Assembly (NCBI RefSeq): GCF_009914755.1
Contig: NC_060936.1
Direction: 5' to 3' (one strand)
DNA from: the human T2T-CHM13v2.0 reference genome, Homo sapiens
Length of the DNA stretch: 64,000 bases
The translations under genes were made by a program, and so were the position numbers. The notes beneath the pieces are model-generated. The model made no database searches, was not told the DNA's origin, and saw nothing but the letters and a program-made list of their open reading frames with translations. Positions within the stretch are counted from its first letter, which is position 1. The number at the start of each line of letters is the position of its first letter. This document shows positions 11,571-26,895 of this stretch, piece after piece.

Positions 11571-13219
11571 ATCAGTCTGTATGGACTCTGATTGACATGG
11601 GTATGTAAGTCATGACTTTCCACATTTAAGGATAATACAATGAAATAATAACAACTTGAGGTAACATGAAGTGCCTGTAGAGCATCACATCTAAACCCCA
11701 ACTCTAGTCCAACCAGTGGTCAGATTTTAACTGAGCAACCAATGAGACATAAAATGCTTTATCTTAAGAAACACATTGCATACATTATAGATTTTAATAG
11801 AAATATACTGTTTTTTGAGCATTTACTCTATGAAAAGTAGTTTATTTGGCACAGTCCTTAATTGTTCTCATTCTCAAGTAGGAAAACACCACATGCCCAT
11901 GTGTAAAACTAGATGATCATATAAATTATTATATACCAAAGAACTGATAAAGACAAATTTCTAGTCAAGTTCACGGGAGACAAAAGATGGATGGACTGAA
12001 ATTTAAAAATTATTTAAATACAATGACTTTTTTTCTCCATTTCAAGACAATAATATGAAAAACAAAACTGTAACAAAAATAGTTATTCCTAATTGGTACC
12101 AAAATTATTTATGAAATGTCAGCTGATCAAATTAAAGAGTTAATAATTTACTTTACTTCAGTTTTAAAATCTACTTAGTTTCTACCTTTATCTGGCCTAC
12201 TAGTGATCACTGTCTGTTTTATCATCAATTTGGGGAGTTCTAGATTACAAGTAGCAATGCACAACTTCTGTGTGTATTGTCTCCATATTAATGAACATCT
12301 TACTTAGCTACTAACCAGACATGTGATCACTCTGCCTATCACTCTGTGGTTTTGCACATTCTTCTTAAGAAAAATATTCAAAGAATAGAAATATTATATA
12401 AATCCATAAATCTCAAAACATAGACTAAGAATCAATGCTTTGAAAATCTTTGAAAAAAGTCTTGAAAATTTTGAAGCTGAAAGCTAAGTCTATATACTTA
12501 TCAGTCAATGATCTCTCATCTCGGAAAATTACTCTGAACTCTGTAGAGAACTAGAAAGAGATGAACCATTTTAGTAGCTCTCCCTAATACTAAAAAGAAA
12601 AATAAAGCTTCCTAGTGGGAAAAAAACATTCCTCAGAATGCAATACAAAAAAGAAATGTGTTTCTGAGCTGAAGAGTTAAGATAATTGCATTATTTTCTC
12701 TGAGTTATTTATTTGTTATAAGAGATGTTTGGAAGAGTATAGAAAAATTCAGTAAATATGTTATTGCCACTGGCTAATGATGGCAGATATTCATCAGGGA
12801 GTGATTTGGAAAGAAAATAAGAATGTAATAGTGCACTGACAAGAAAAGCAAAGTCAATTTCTTCTGTATGATCTTTGCTTTGTAAAATTGCCATGAAATT
12901 TCCATGCAGGAGCCCCATAGTAATCACAGCTATTTCTCACAGACCTACAGGCTAAGTATAGACTGAGCTTTCAATTATCATCCTGATGGATGAGAGACTC
13001 ACAGTGTGAATGAGGAGGGGAAAGCAGTCAACTAATATACTCCCATAATTTTAAAGCCTTTGCTGATATTAAAAAATAAAGCTTTAGGTTTCTGTTATAG
13101 TTTAGGTGTGTAGCAAAATTGCTTTGTGTCTTTATTTTTAAAACTATGTTTTCTGCTTGGATAAAATCTATACATATTTTTTATCTCCCAATAGATAGTA
13201 GACTTTTATTATACTTTTT

Positions 13220-13650
13220 GATCACTTCCTACATTTGGACCCTTTTTCTCTGTTTAGGGAAGTGCCTGAATTACGAACATTGCCTTGCCAAAATAGAAAG
13301 CCAGAAGCTCACTTTCCCAGGATTCTCTGGAGTTAGGGGCAGGCATGTGACCCAGGCTCAGCCAAGCAACAAATCTGCACAAGGCTTTAATTGGAAGAGA
13401 GTAACATGAAGAGGAAGGCTATCCATAAGGTACATCATAGGGAGGGTGGTAGGGACTGACAGAGGGACATACAGCCTGAAGAGGTAGCAGCAGCAGTTGT
13501 AGTGGGGATGTACCCATGTCCACATTTTAGCTGTGGTATGTTTTCCCAGTGGTAGCAGCAGCAGAAGGGTCTCTACTGCAGCAGCAATGGGAGAGTTAAG
13601 ATGTACTTGAAAACAGCCTCCAAGTCCGAATCTCTGGCCCTTGCAAAAGT
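13220..13650. mobile_element. ERVL LTR remnant (LTR33/LTR16-like)
   Basis: cactttcccaggattctctggagttaggggcaggcatgtgacccaggctcagccaa. Confidence 0.55.
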
Positions 13651-14226
13651 TCTAAGATTTCATATGTAAATTATATAGTATACATTTTATATAATTTATA
13701 TTCTATAAATATAATGTATTGTGTGTGTGTATATTCATTACGAAGTGTATGACAGCCATAGTACAAGTGCCAGGAGGGCAGAAATGAAAATATACACTTG
13801 CAGTTTTCTCATACTACATGTGAAGTGTGGTATGATATCAGTAAATGAAAGATGTATATTTTAATACCTTAAAAAAGCATCAAAATAATGTAAAAGAAGC
13901 CAACAAGAAGTAAATGAAAGAAAAAGCAAACTTTTAAAGGCAGAAAAAGAAAATAAAGAGGAAAAGGGGAGTGAAGAACAGCCCAACCATATCAATAATC
14001 ACATTGAAGATAAGTAGTCTAAGCACACCAATTAAAAGACAAAGATGATAAAATTGAATAGTTAAGTTGCAAAACTCAACTATATCCTGCCTATAAGAAA
14101 CAAACCTTAAATATAATTAATATATTAAATATTATATATATTTATTTATCAGAGATTGAATATAAAAGTATATACAAAGATACACCATGCTAACACTATT
14201 TAAAAAAAAAAAAGAAAAGAAAAGGT

Positions 14227-14940
14227 AACCCAGGCATGGTGGCTCATGCCTATAAACCCACCTTGGGAGTCCCAGGCATAAGAATTGCTTGAGGCCAGGA
14301 GTTTGAGGCCAGCCTGGGCAACATAGCAAGACCTTGTGGCTACAAAAAAAATTTTTTTTAATCTTCTGGGCGTGGTGGCACACACCTGTAGTCCAAGCTA
14401 CACAGGAGGCTGAGGCAGTGGTTTCCCTTGAGCCCAGTAGTTTAAGGTCACAGTGAGCTATGATCATGCCACAGCACTTCAGCCTGGCAACAGAGTGAGA
14501 CCTCGTATCAGGCCATTCTTGCATTGCCAGGTAATTTTTAAAGGAAAGAGGTTTAATTGGCTTATTGTTCTGCAGGCTATACAGAAAACATAGCAGCATC
14601 TGCTCTTAGTGAGGCCTCAGGAAGCTTACAGTCATGGCAGAAGGCAAAGGGGGAGCAGGCACATCACATGGTGAAAGCAGCAGCAAGAAAAAGTGAATTG
14701 TCACACACTTTTAAACAGCCAGATCTCATGAGAAGTCACTCAGTATTGCAAGGACAACATCAAAGGGATGGTGCTAAACCATTCATGAGAAATTCACTCT
14801 CATGATCCAGTCACCTTCCACAGGCCCCACCTCCAATACTGGAGAGTATAATTCAATATGAGATTAGGATGGGAACATATATCCAAACTACATCAGATCG
14901 TGTCTCAAAAAAATAAAAAAGAAAAAAGGAAAAGAAAGAA
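14227..14940 (+). mobile_element. AluJ split by an MST LTR (pieces 14227-14503 and 14896-14940)
   Basis: Alu body ends ...cagagtgagacct and resumes gatcgtgtctcaaaaaaa after the LTR. Confidence 0.88.
14504..14895 (-). mobile_element. MST (MSTB-like) solo LTR inserted in AluJ
   Basis: cgtatcaggccattcttgcattgc...gaggcctcaggaagcttacagtcatggcagaaggcaaagg...atccaaactacatca; reverse-complement relative of the 7099-7470 element. Confidence 0.88.
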
Positions 14941-15078
14941 AGCTAGAATGGTTATATTAATTCAGATAAATACAATTTCTGAACAAACAATATTACCAGG
15001 GCCATTTCTTAATGATAAAGGGGGTCATTCCGACAAGAGGACATAAATCTAAAAGTTAAACATCTAAAAACAGAGCTT

Positions 15079-15312
15079 CAGCCTGGGCAACATGGCAAGA
15101 CCTCATCTCTACAAAAAAATACAAAAAATTAGCTAAGTGTGGTGGCATGCACCTGAAGTCCCAGCTACTTGAGAGGCTGAGGTGGGGGGATCACTTGAGC
15201 CTGGGGAGGTCAAGGCTGCAGTGAGCCATGATCGTGCCACTGCACTCTAACCTGGGCAGCAGAGTGAGATCCTGACTCAAAAATAATAAAGTAATATAAT
15301 CTAAATATAAAT
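15079..15312 (+). mobile_element. 5'-truncated AluJ
   Basis: TSD AAACAGAGCTTC (15068-15079 / 15313-15324). Confidence 0.9.
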
Positions 15313-16850
15313 AAACAGAGCTTCCAAATGCATGATAGTGATGAAATAAAAATAGAAAAAAATCACAGAGTCAGAGATTTTAATACTTTCTCAATAATTG
15401 ATAGAACTAGTACACAAAAAATAGTATGTAATAAGGATATAAAATATTTGAATAACACTATCAACCAACTTAACCTAATTGACACTCCATCCAACAGTGG
15501 CAGATACACATTTCTTTCAAGTACACACAGAACATTTACCCAAGTTAGAGCATATCTTGGACTTTACAACTAATCTTAATAAATTTACGATTTAAGACAT
15601 TCAAAGTATATTCTCTGACTATAGTAGAATTCAATTCAAACCAACAGCTCCCAAATATTTAGAAACTAAATAGCACACTTCTAAATTAACCATGAGCTAA
15701 GGAAAGAGCTAAAGGAGTGATTAGAAAGTATTTCTGAACTGAATGAAAAGGAAAACATAATAGATCAATATTTGTACGATCTACTAAAGCAGAGCTAAGG
15801 GGAAGCTACAAGCTAAATATCTGTAACAGAAGCAAAAAAGCACCTCAAGTCAGTGACCTCAACTTCACTCTTAAAAAACAAAAAAAGGAAGAGAAAATGA
15901 AATTTTAAGATGAGAAGTCAAAGAGGGAATCAGTGAAATGGAAGACAGAGACAATAGTTTTAGTTTCAGTCATCGAAACTAAAAGCTGGTTGTTGAAAAA
16001 GATGAGTAAAATTGATAATCCTCTCACAAGACTCATAAGGAAAAAACGACAGAAGCCACAAATTATCAGTATCAGGAATGAGAGATGTTACATTATTGTA
16101 TATTCCACAAGTATTAAAAGGATCATAAGGTAATATTATAAATATTTCATACTGGAAAAATTTATGAAATAGACATACTCCTTGAAATAGACAAATTACC
16201 AAAGCTCACTCAAAAAGAAAGAGATTATTTGAATAGCTTTATATCTATTAAGAAACTATTTGTAGTTTAAAACTTTCCCATGAGGCAAATTGCAAGCCCA
16301 GTCAACTTCACTGGCAAAGTCTACCAAACATTTAAGGAAGAAATAATGTAATTCTATACCCATTCTTTCAGAAAATTGAAGAGTATGGAATACTTCCCAA
16401 CACATTCTGAGATCAGCATTACCCTGATTCCAAAACCAGACAATTACTAGAGAGCTACAAAACATTTTCCTTATGCACATAGATACAAAGATTCTAAACA
16501 AAATGTTAGCAAATGAAATCCAACAATATATTCAATATATTAAAAGAAGGATAATACATCATTTGCTGTTCCTTTTCTTGTTTCCTAAGGTTGGAGCTGA
16601 GGTCATTCAACACAGTGAAAGACCATTACGTGGGAAAAGGACAATCTTTTCAATAAATGATGCTGGAACATTTGGATATCCACAGGCAGAAAAATGAAAT
16701 TCAATCCATAGCTTAAGTCATGTACAAAAATTAATTCAAAATGGATGATAGAATGGAAGGTAGGAAACTAAAGCTGAAAATCTTCTAGAAGAAAACCTAG
16801 GAGAAAATCTTTGCTACCTTGCATTAGGCAACGACGTCTTAAATATATAA

Positions 16851-17160
16851 GGCATGGTGGCTCATGCCTGCCTGTAATCCTATCACTTTGGGAGGCCAAG
16901 GCAGGTGGATCTCTTGAGGCAGAGAGTTCGAGACCAGCTTGGCCAACAGGGCAAAACTCAGTCTCTACTAAAAAAAAAAAAAAAAATAGCCGGGCAGGGT
17001 GGCGCACATCTGTAATGCCAGCTACTAGGGAAGCTGAAGCATGAAAATTGCTTGAACCTGGGAGGTGGAGTTTGCAGTGAGTCCTGTTGCGCCACTGCAC
17101 TCCAGCCTGAGTGACAGAGTGACACTCTGTCTCAAAATTAATTAATTAATAAAATAAAAT
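16851..17160 (+). mobile_element. Alu (S/J)
   Basis: ggcatggtggctcatgcctg...gacagagtgacactctgtctcaaaa, within L1. Confidence 0.92.
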
Positions 17161-17244
17161 ACCAAAAACACAATCCCTAAAAGAAAAACACTGATAACTT
17201 AGATTTCACCAAAATTGGAAATTCCTCTACTTCAAAAGGTGCTT

Positions 17245-19189
17245 TATGTTTTAATTGTACTTGTTCACATGCAGTTGTCAGAAATAACACAGAACAATCC
17301 CATGTATCCTTTACCCAGTAATCCCCAATAGCAACAGCTTGCAAAACTACAGTACAATATACAATATCACGACCAAGATATTCACAATGATACAGAGCAT
17401 TTCTATCACCACAAGGATCTCTCATGCTGTCCTTTTATATCTACACTGACTTTCCTCCTGCCCTCACCTTCTCCTTAACCTCGGATATTAATAATCTGTT
17501 CTCCATTTCTATAGTTTTGTCACTTCAAGAATGTTATTTAAATGGAATCATACAGTATATATACAAACTCTTGGAAGTGACTTTTTTCACTCATCATAAT
17601 TCTTTGGAGATTAATCTAGGTTGTTGCATGTATTGGTGTATATGTAGCTGTGTAGTATTTCATGGTGTGGGTATACAACAGTTGGTTTAACCATTCACCC
17701 ATTTGAAGACCTGGGTTATTTCCTGCATTTGGCTGTTATTTATAAAACAGCTATAAATATTTGTATACAAGTTTTTGTGTGAATATAAGTTTTTCATTTA
17801 TTTGACATAAATACCCAAGGATGTAATTGATGGATTATTTGGTTGGTAAGTATCATGTTTACTTTTTTCAAAAAGTACCAAAATGCCTTCCAGAGTGGTT
17901 GTACCATTTTACATTCCTTCATTCTCTAGATCCAGATCCTCCAGATCCTCATCAACATTTGGTGTTGTCTGTTTCTTTTAGCCATTTATATAGGTGTGCA
18001 GTGTTATCTCATTATGGTATCAATTTGCGTTTTTTAAAGGCTAATCATGGTCACCCTGTTTTAATGTCCCTATTTGCCATCTGTGTATCTTCTTCAGTGA
18101 AGTATCTCTTCATGCCCTTTGCCCATTTTCTTATTGGATTGTTTATTTTTTCACTCCCGATATTCGAGAATTCTTTATATATTTTAGATACTAATCTTTA
18201 GTTGGATATGTGGCGAACAAATATTTTCTCCCAATCATCTATAGCTTTCTTTTCATCTCTTAACAGAGAGTTAATAGCTCTTAATTTTGACAAAGCCTAT
18301 AGTATCATTTTGTTTCTTGTATAGATTATATATTTGGTTTTAAATCTAAGAGCTCTGCCTAACCCGAGGTTCCAGAGATTTTCTCCTATTTTTTTTTCTA
18401 AAAGTGCTATAGTTTTATGTATTACATTTAATCTCTTGACCCATTTTGAATTAATTTTTGTATAAGGCATGTGACTTAGGTCAATGTTCTTTTTTTTTTT
18501 TTTTTTGCCTATGTATCTCCACTGGCTTCAGCACCAGCTTTGTGGAAAAGGCTATGTTCTCTCCTATTGGACTACATTTGCATTTTTGTCAAAAATTAGC
18601 TAGGCCTGCTTATGGGTTTATTTTGGAGTTCTCTATTTTGCTCCATTGACTTATATGTCTAATTTTCTCCCAATACCACACAATCTTCATTAATGTAACC
18701 ACCTAGTAAGTCTTGAAACTGAGTAAACTGATTCTTCCCCCATTCATTCTTCCGTTTTGAAATTGTTTCCACTATTCTAGTTCCTTTGCATTTCCATATA
18801 CATTTTAGAACAATCTTATATGTATCTCCAAAAATTTTTACTGGGATTAATGATAGAAATGTGTTAAACCTGTATTTCAATTTGGGGAGAATTGATATCT
18901 TTACTATATTGAGTATGTTGAGTCTTCAAATCCATGAACAGGGTTTGTCTTTACATTTATGTAGATATTCTTTGATTTATCTCATCAGTATTTTGGAGTT
19001 TGGGGTATACAAGTCCGATACATGTTACCTTAGATTAACATCTAAGTAGTTCACTTTTTTAGTGATCATAAGTGGCATGTGTTTTTAATTTTAGCATCCA
19101 CATTTTCATGGAAAGTATAGGGAAATATAATGAATTTTTGCATGTTAATCTTTTGTAAGGAGACCTTATTAGTTCTAGATGTTCTTTTG
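17245..19189 (-). mobile_element. Antisense L1M (3' UTR plus ORF2 C-terminal remnants) nested in the plus-strand L1
   Basis: Typical antisense L1 text (ccagagtggttgtaccattttacattcc, tttgcccattttcttattggattg); TSD TCAAAAGG(TG/CA)CTT at 17232-17244 / 19190-19202. Confidence 0.85.
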
Positions 19190-19962
19190 TCAAAAGGCAC
19201 TTCTTAAGGAATGAAAAGACAAGTCACAGACTGGTGAAATATTTGCAAATCATGTATGGGATAGAGGACTCATTTCCAAAATACATAAAAAGCTCTTGAC
19301 ACTCAATAATAAAATAGCAAGCAACTCAATTAAAAGATGGAAAATATATTTGAAAAAATACCCTGCCAAAGACAATTTAAGGATAGCAAATACATACATG
19401 AAATGATGCCTGAAATCTACTAGCTAGTAGGAAAATGTAAATTAAAACTATAATGAGGTATCACTATGCACCTAATTAAATGCCTAAACGTCAAACCTAT
19501 TGACCATATCAAGTGTTTTGAGGATGTGGTGGGACTGGAACATTCATCTGCTGGTGGGATTGTAAAATGTCATGACCAGTAAAAAAAATACTCTGGCATT
19601 TTCTTTAAAAAGTTAAAAATATACATATTATATGATCCAATCATTTAACCTTAAGTATTTGCTAGAGAGATGAAAGCGTAAGTCCATCCAAAGTCTTGTT
19701 AATGTTCACAGAAGTTTACTTGTCGTAGACAAAAATCAAAACCTACCAGAATGTGCATCAACAGATAAAAAGACAAATAAGCAGTTATAGTATGTATCTA
19801 TACACAAAAAACTAATCAGCAGTACAAAGTAATGACCTATTGATATAGGTCTATGTTATCACATAGACCTATATGTGGTTTATATTACCACATAGACGAA
19901 TCTCAAAATAATTATGCTGAACTAAATAAGCCAGAAAAACCAGTATATATTGTTATTCCATT

Positions 19963-20256
<294 letters not shown>

Positions 20257-20433
20257 TGTTATTCCATTCACATAAAGTTATATTAAATGTAAACTATTCT
20301 ATAGTTAAAGCAGATATTGGTTGTCAGGGAATGGTATTGGTGGGAGGGGGAAGAACAATAGGAAGAGATTTCAAAGAGGTTTTGAGGAAATATTTGACCT
20401 AGATAGTTAATTTCGTTATCTTGATAGTAATGA

Positions 20434-20860
<427 letters not shown>

Positions 20861-22082
20861 CAATAAAGCTGTTTTTTAAAAGCTTAAATGCTTACATAAG
20901 CATTTTTTTTTAAAAGGACTTTTTTTTCCTATTTTATATGCTGACTTTCAATTTGTTTTGTTTGTTTGTTTGTTAAGCATGCAATATCTTTTGTCCATGA
21001 GAATGGGAAGGCTGGGTGAAAAATATAAAGATTTGTGTGTCTGATAACATAATGAAGTTGCCATATCAGCAATTTTCTGCCTATTTCTATATTCCTCATA
21101 CATGAGAAAATTAAAAGCACTTTTTTTTTAAACAATAGATCTTTGGACTTTTTGTTACATGCAGTGTAACTCAAATTCTGACTGATTCAGAAGTTGTAAC
21201 TGAACTGTTGAACTAAGCCACTGAAATATTTAAAATTGAATTATCATTATAGTATTAATAAGAGTTGTCTGTCCTAGGAAATAGGAAGTCTATGTTTTAA
21301 ATATAAGACTCCTTCCAGATCAAAGGTAGCCAGAAAATGCATGTATACATCTTAAGTGTTTACAAACGACAAAACCAACCATGCAATATAAGCAGCTAGG
21401 CCAGGAGTGTGAGATGTCTATGGAGTTGGTAGAAGAATCAGATACTTTTAAGTTGAACCCAATGATGTGATTTATTTGGGCTATAAGTCACATTGATATA
21501 TGATAGAAAACAAGTAATGCTAAACCTGTTCCATGAGCCCCTAATAAGAATCCAAAAGAGCCAAAAGCTCTGGTTGTGAAAGCTCAAGTGTTGGGAAAGA
21601 GATGCTGAAATTGTCTTAAGATGATGTAATTATTTCCTTACTAAGTAAGCATCCTCTAACTATTAGAATATTTAGAATTAAGTACAGAACTGTTAAAGAA
21701 AATCAGAATTATTATATTAATATTTCTATGTTATGGAATCTGAGCATATTTGGAATGTCCTTGAAATAAAAAAGAAAATCGGCTTTTTAGAGAAACATAT
21801 AAAACATTTAATTCTAATTTAAAATGATTTATTTTGTTATTGATTTAGACTTTAAGTCAAGCCTTTATTAAGGGTATCTATTAAAATATTTAAGAGAACT
21901 TAGGAATCAAATTATTTAAAAGCTTATCATCTTTTAAGAACTAATTTTATATTCGAGAGGATTTTAAGGTATACAAGTGAAGTATTAAAGAAGGAAATTG
22001 AATATTTTGTAAGTATAGCTTAAAAATATTTTAACATATTGAATGGAACCTATCAAACATTATTCAGAAACTGCTAAAATTT

Positions 22083-22700
<618 letters not shown>

Positions 22701-23513
22701 AAACTGCTAAAATGCAAAGTAGAATATATTTGTCTGTTGAACATAAAACTTTAAAGAAGAGCCTTAATAAACTGAATTTCAAGTTTTAATATCATAGGAA
22801 ATGATTCTTTTGTCATGAAAAACTGTTCTTAAAGGTATAAATATCTCACATATAATAAGACCTTCCTGTTTTCATTATGAACTTTGTGCCACATTTCTAT
22901 TGTCTCTTAAATTCCTTTGTTTTTAACCTACAAATTATCCTGTCATTGAGTTTTCAAGAACATAATTCTCAAGGTTGAAGAAAACTGTATATGTATATGT
23001 GTGTTTCTTTTATTAGACTCTGAGTTTCATGAAAGCAGACATTACATTATATCATTATATTCTTCATTACCTTCTATGGACTTGGTTTAGTGCTTGGAAT
23101 AAAGTATGTTCTCCATAGTTACTCGCTAGGAAGTAGCAGTTGAACAAATTTGCTTGCTTTTCTTAAATAGAAATGTTCTCCAGTCCTTGTACACAATTAA
23201 TCCCAGCATGAGGACCATTGGTTCTTGTACACAATTCTCAGAGACTTTTGGCTATTTAGCCTCTGGGTCCACCACTGACTGTTGTCCTTGATTCCTAGCA
23301 GATATGCCAGGGGCTTTTGGTCATAGTGGCACCAGAATTTCACAAAGAGACTGGGGAAACATACTATGTTTGCAAAAGGCAGCCTTAGAAGAAATGTTTG
23401 TCTACCTACTCCGTTATAGTTTACATCATGTAATTTTCATGGTTTTGCTTATTAATAACTTGCTTATTAACTATTTGCTTATTAATCTATTAACTCATTC
23501 ATTTAACCATTCT

Positions 23514-23822
23514 TTTTATGTATTTATTTAAATAGATACAAGGTCTTGTTCTGTTGCCCAGGCTAGTGTGCAGTGGCACAATCGTAGCTCACTGCATCCT
23601 CTAACTCCTGGGCTCAAGTAATCCTCTTGCCTCAGTATCCCTAGTACTTGAGACTCCAGGCACATGCCACCACATCCAGCTATTTTTTTTAATTTTTTAA
23701 TTTTATGAGACAGAGGTCTTGCTATGTTGACCAGGGTGGTCTCAAACTCCTAGCCTCAAGCCATCCTCCTGTCTGGGTCTCCCAAAGTGCTGGGATTACA
23801 TGTATGAGCCACCATGCCCAAC
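23514..23822 (-). mobile_element. AluJ inserted in an L2 fragment
   Basis: TSD TTAACCATTCTTT; L2-like text continues (gtacctactgcatgccaag...). Confidence 0.9.
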
Positions 23823-23970
23823 TTAACCATTCTTTATTTTGTACCTACTGCATGCCAAGTACGATAGTAGGTCTTGTGATCACAGCAGTGAGCAGGAGAG
23901 ACACAGTCCCTTCCCGCATAGAGCTTTTCTTTTGGTTTGGAATTAATTTCTAGTCTTAAGAAATAAAATA

Positions 23971-24118
23971 GGCTGGGTGCGGTGGCTCATGCCTATAATA
24001 CCAGCACTTTGGGAGGCCCAGACGGGAGGATCACTTGAGCACAGGGATTTGAGACCAGCCTGGGGAACATAGGGAGACCCCGTCTCAACAACGACAACAA
24101 AAATGTGAAAATTAGCTG
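23971..24118 (+). mobile_element. Alu left arm / FLAM
   Basis: ggctgggtgcggtggctcatgcc...gagaccccgtctc; truncated after aaaattagctg. Confidence 0.88.
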
Positions 24119-26895
24119 TGACCAGAACACGAGGCACCCTGCTAGGGGAAGGAAGGTGATGGAGAGTGAGATGCTTTTGGAAAAATAGCAGGGGTGAGAT
24201 CTCTAGAGTCTTATGAACTTTTAATAAGTTTTTTGTTGAACCTGTTTGATGTTTTCCTCTCTTCTCTTAATCTTTTGAACTCTAGAATATGATACTAAAT
24301 CATTAATTTAGTCTTCAATATATTGCATCTCTGCTCTTGCTAGCACTTTTAATTGCTACAGTGTAATAATAATTATTATTCATTTTTTAATTTCAAAAAC
24401 AACTCATGTAATTTCGATTTTTACTGTTAATTCTGCTATCACCAGCTTCTCTGGGAGCTTTCAAGGCCTGCTTCTAAAATAATTTATCTAATGAACATTC
24501 CACCCATAGGTAATTTTGCATACATATTCTTACATTTGTTCCTTTGTTCCACAAGTTCCCTAAGGCAAGTTTTTTTCTCATTCCTACAAACAGACCGTTG
24601 TTTTCACCACTTACCTCTCATGCCAACTGTAGCCCACCATGCCATTATAGTTATGTATTTTTCAAGATTACTTTATAATTTTTTAAAATTCCACTATTTA
24701 TTTCTGCTTCTGAATTTCCTCATGTAGTCTTTTCCTGTTACTCAAAGAAACATACCTTTGAGGGGACTTTGGAGATTCTTTGACCTTCCACCTTTATTTT
24801 ACCAACAAACTCTTTTAATTTATGATCCCTTATGCAATGTTTAAAAGCCTAATATATAATGCTTCCATTTCTTAGTATCTTTTCATTTAAAATGGCCTAA
24901 CTTTTCACAATACCTTGTAGTGGTCAGTTTGATGTTATAAATGTTCATGCAGTCTTTCTTAGCCAAAGTTGAAAATAAAATATTAGTTTTTTAAAAACCC
25001 TACAAACTAAGGGTTAATTATCTATAAACTCCTGGGTAAACAACTTTGTTATTTGCAGGTCTTTTATACCAAATATATATTCAAGTTCATAAAGTAATAA
25101 AAATGTTGCTAATAATATTGACTTCAGCTGGAAGTAAGCAAAGTGGTGAATAAAACAAAAGATGAGTACTTACATGGATTGATTAGATTAGATCCTCTTT
25201 TTATATTCTGCCATCCTTCGATAAGCTTCCTAAGAGATAAGTAAAAGGAAAGTAGCAAGACTTCCCAAGTTATTAGCTGGGAGCCCCTGGCAAATCTGAT
25301 TTCAGATTTCAGATATCTATGTGTCTTCCTCTCTTCTTTCCCTTCATTTGCCAAGGCTGTTCTTTCTTGGTTAAGTCCTTGAATGACCCAACATTGCTTT
25401 CTAGTTTAAACATGTTTAAACATTTATTTTGCCTCTAGTCATCTAATCTGTTGCTAACAGGAAAAAAAGCCTAAGCAGAATTTCATAGAAATGACATTTT
25501 TCAGGTATTGGAAAGGAAAGTGCTGATCTATGCATGTTGCCATGGAGTTAGTGTCTGCTTACAATTGCATTCCTTCAATGGCAGGTAAAGAACCGTCCAA
25601 TTACCAGGAAAAAGCAACACCTCATTTTGGCAAGATAATTTATTAGACTTTGAAATATGTCCATAAGTCAATTGTTTTCTTACTCTCCAACAGGCTTTTA
25701 AATACATCTGCCCAAAACAATATTACTAGCTATTTACAAAAGCAAAATCTTGTTAAAATGCTACAGAGATTCTATAATAAAAATAGTGAATGTCTTTTTT
25801 TTTTTAAAGCATCTTGGGGAAGAAGAAACTCCATTTAAGAGAAAACTCTTTGTAAAAAGAAAATACTCCTGTATCTTTAAGAGTCCTATGAATAACAGTA
25901 TTTATTTGATAAAGAAATGCCATCGCTGATCTTTTCTGTGGTTGCTCATCCTAAGGACTAGAATATGAGGCCGGATGTTTTTATTTCCTGTTATCTTACT
26001 CACTGCTGCTTTCCCATGTGGGATTTCTATTAACCTGAAAGGTAGCGCCAAAGCCAGAATAAATGTGTGTATAAGAACATAAGGAATGTCACAACAGCCA
26101 TGGGAAAATTGATAAAACATATATATACATACATTGCAGTCCTATCTTTTGCCTTCAACCTATGGCTTTTGTATGCATGGAAGAGAAAAGAGCATGTTGA
26201 CTAGTGAATTGTAAATTACTTGTCACTATTAAAAAATACATATATATTTAAGATAATAGGGTAAAATTAAACACATAAAATCACAGCAGTGTCTATAAAA
26301 TGAAAAGTACACACCTGCCTCTTTCTGCACCCCACCCCAACTCTACCAAGATCATCCCCTGAAGCAACCAATGTCAATGATTTCTGTCTTTAGTTATATT
26401 GGTGGTTGCCAGAAAAGAGAGATAGATTTACTCTACAGCTAAGGATACTTTAGCTTCCTGGCCCTCCAAATGCATAGTTCCCTTCCAAAAGAAGGTAGAA
26501 GCTCAGTAGTGCATCCAAATTTTGTGGGTACCGAATTTACTCATCTGGGAGCACACCCTTTTAAGAAAAAGAACACAGAATTACAACTACACATTGTTAG
26601 GGCTCCTCCCAATGCTTTGCAAAGGGCCCCTGCAAGTCAAGATTCCTGAAACACATTTCGTTAGTTTCACAGTCAGTGATTGTCATTTTTAGATTTACCA
26701 ACAGCATTAAACAGCATCTGTTGATTGTCTACTCAGAAACCAAGAGACATTTAGCAAGCCCTTCCTACCTCTCAATTCTCCTTTCCCATCTGCCTTCTAC
26801 TTTTTGTTAGGTGTATTGAGTTATTATATTTATAGTTAAGGCTTACAGTCACTAAAATTATATTTGTATACATTGTAGATTCATTCTAAAAACTT

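Noticed and set aside
15328-19049. L1 ORF2-like peptides as an active retrotransposon or processed gene
   Set aside because: Short, frameshifted and interrupted by nested elements; fossil L1.
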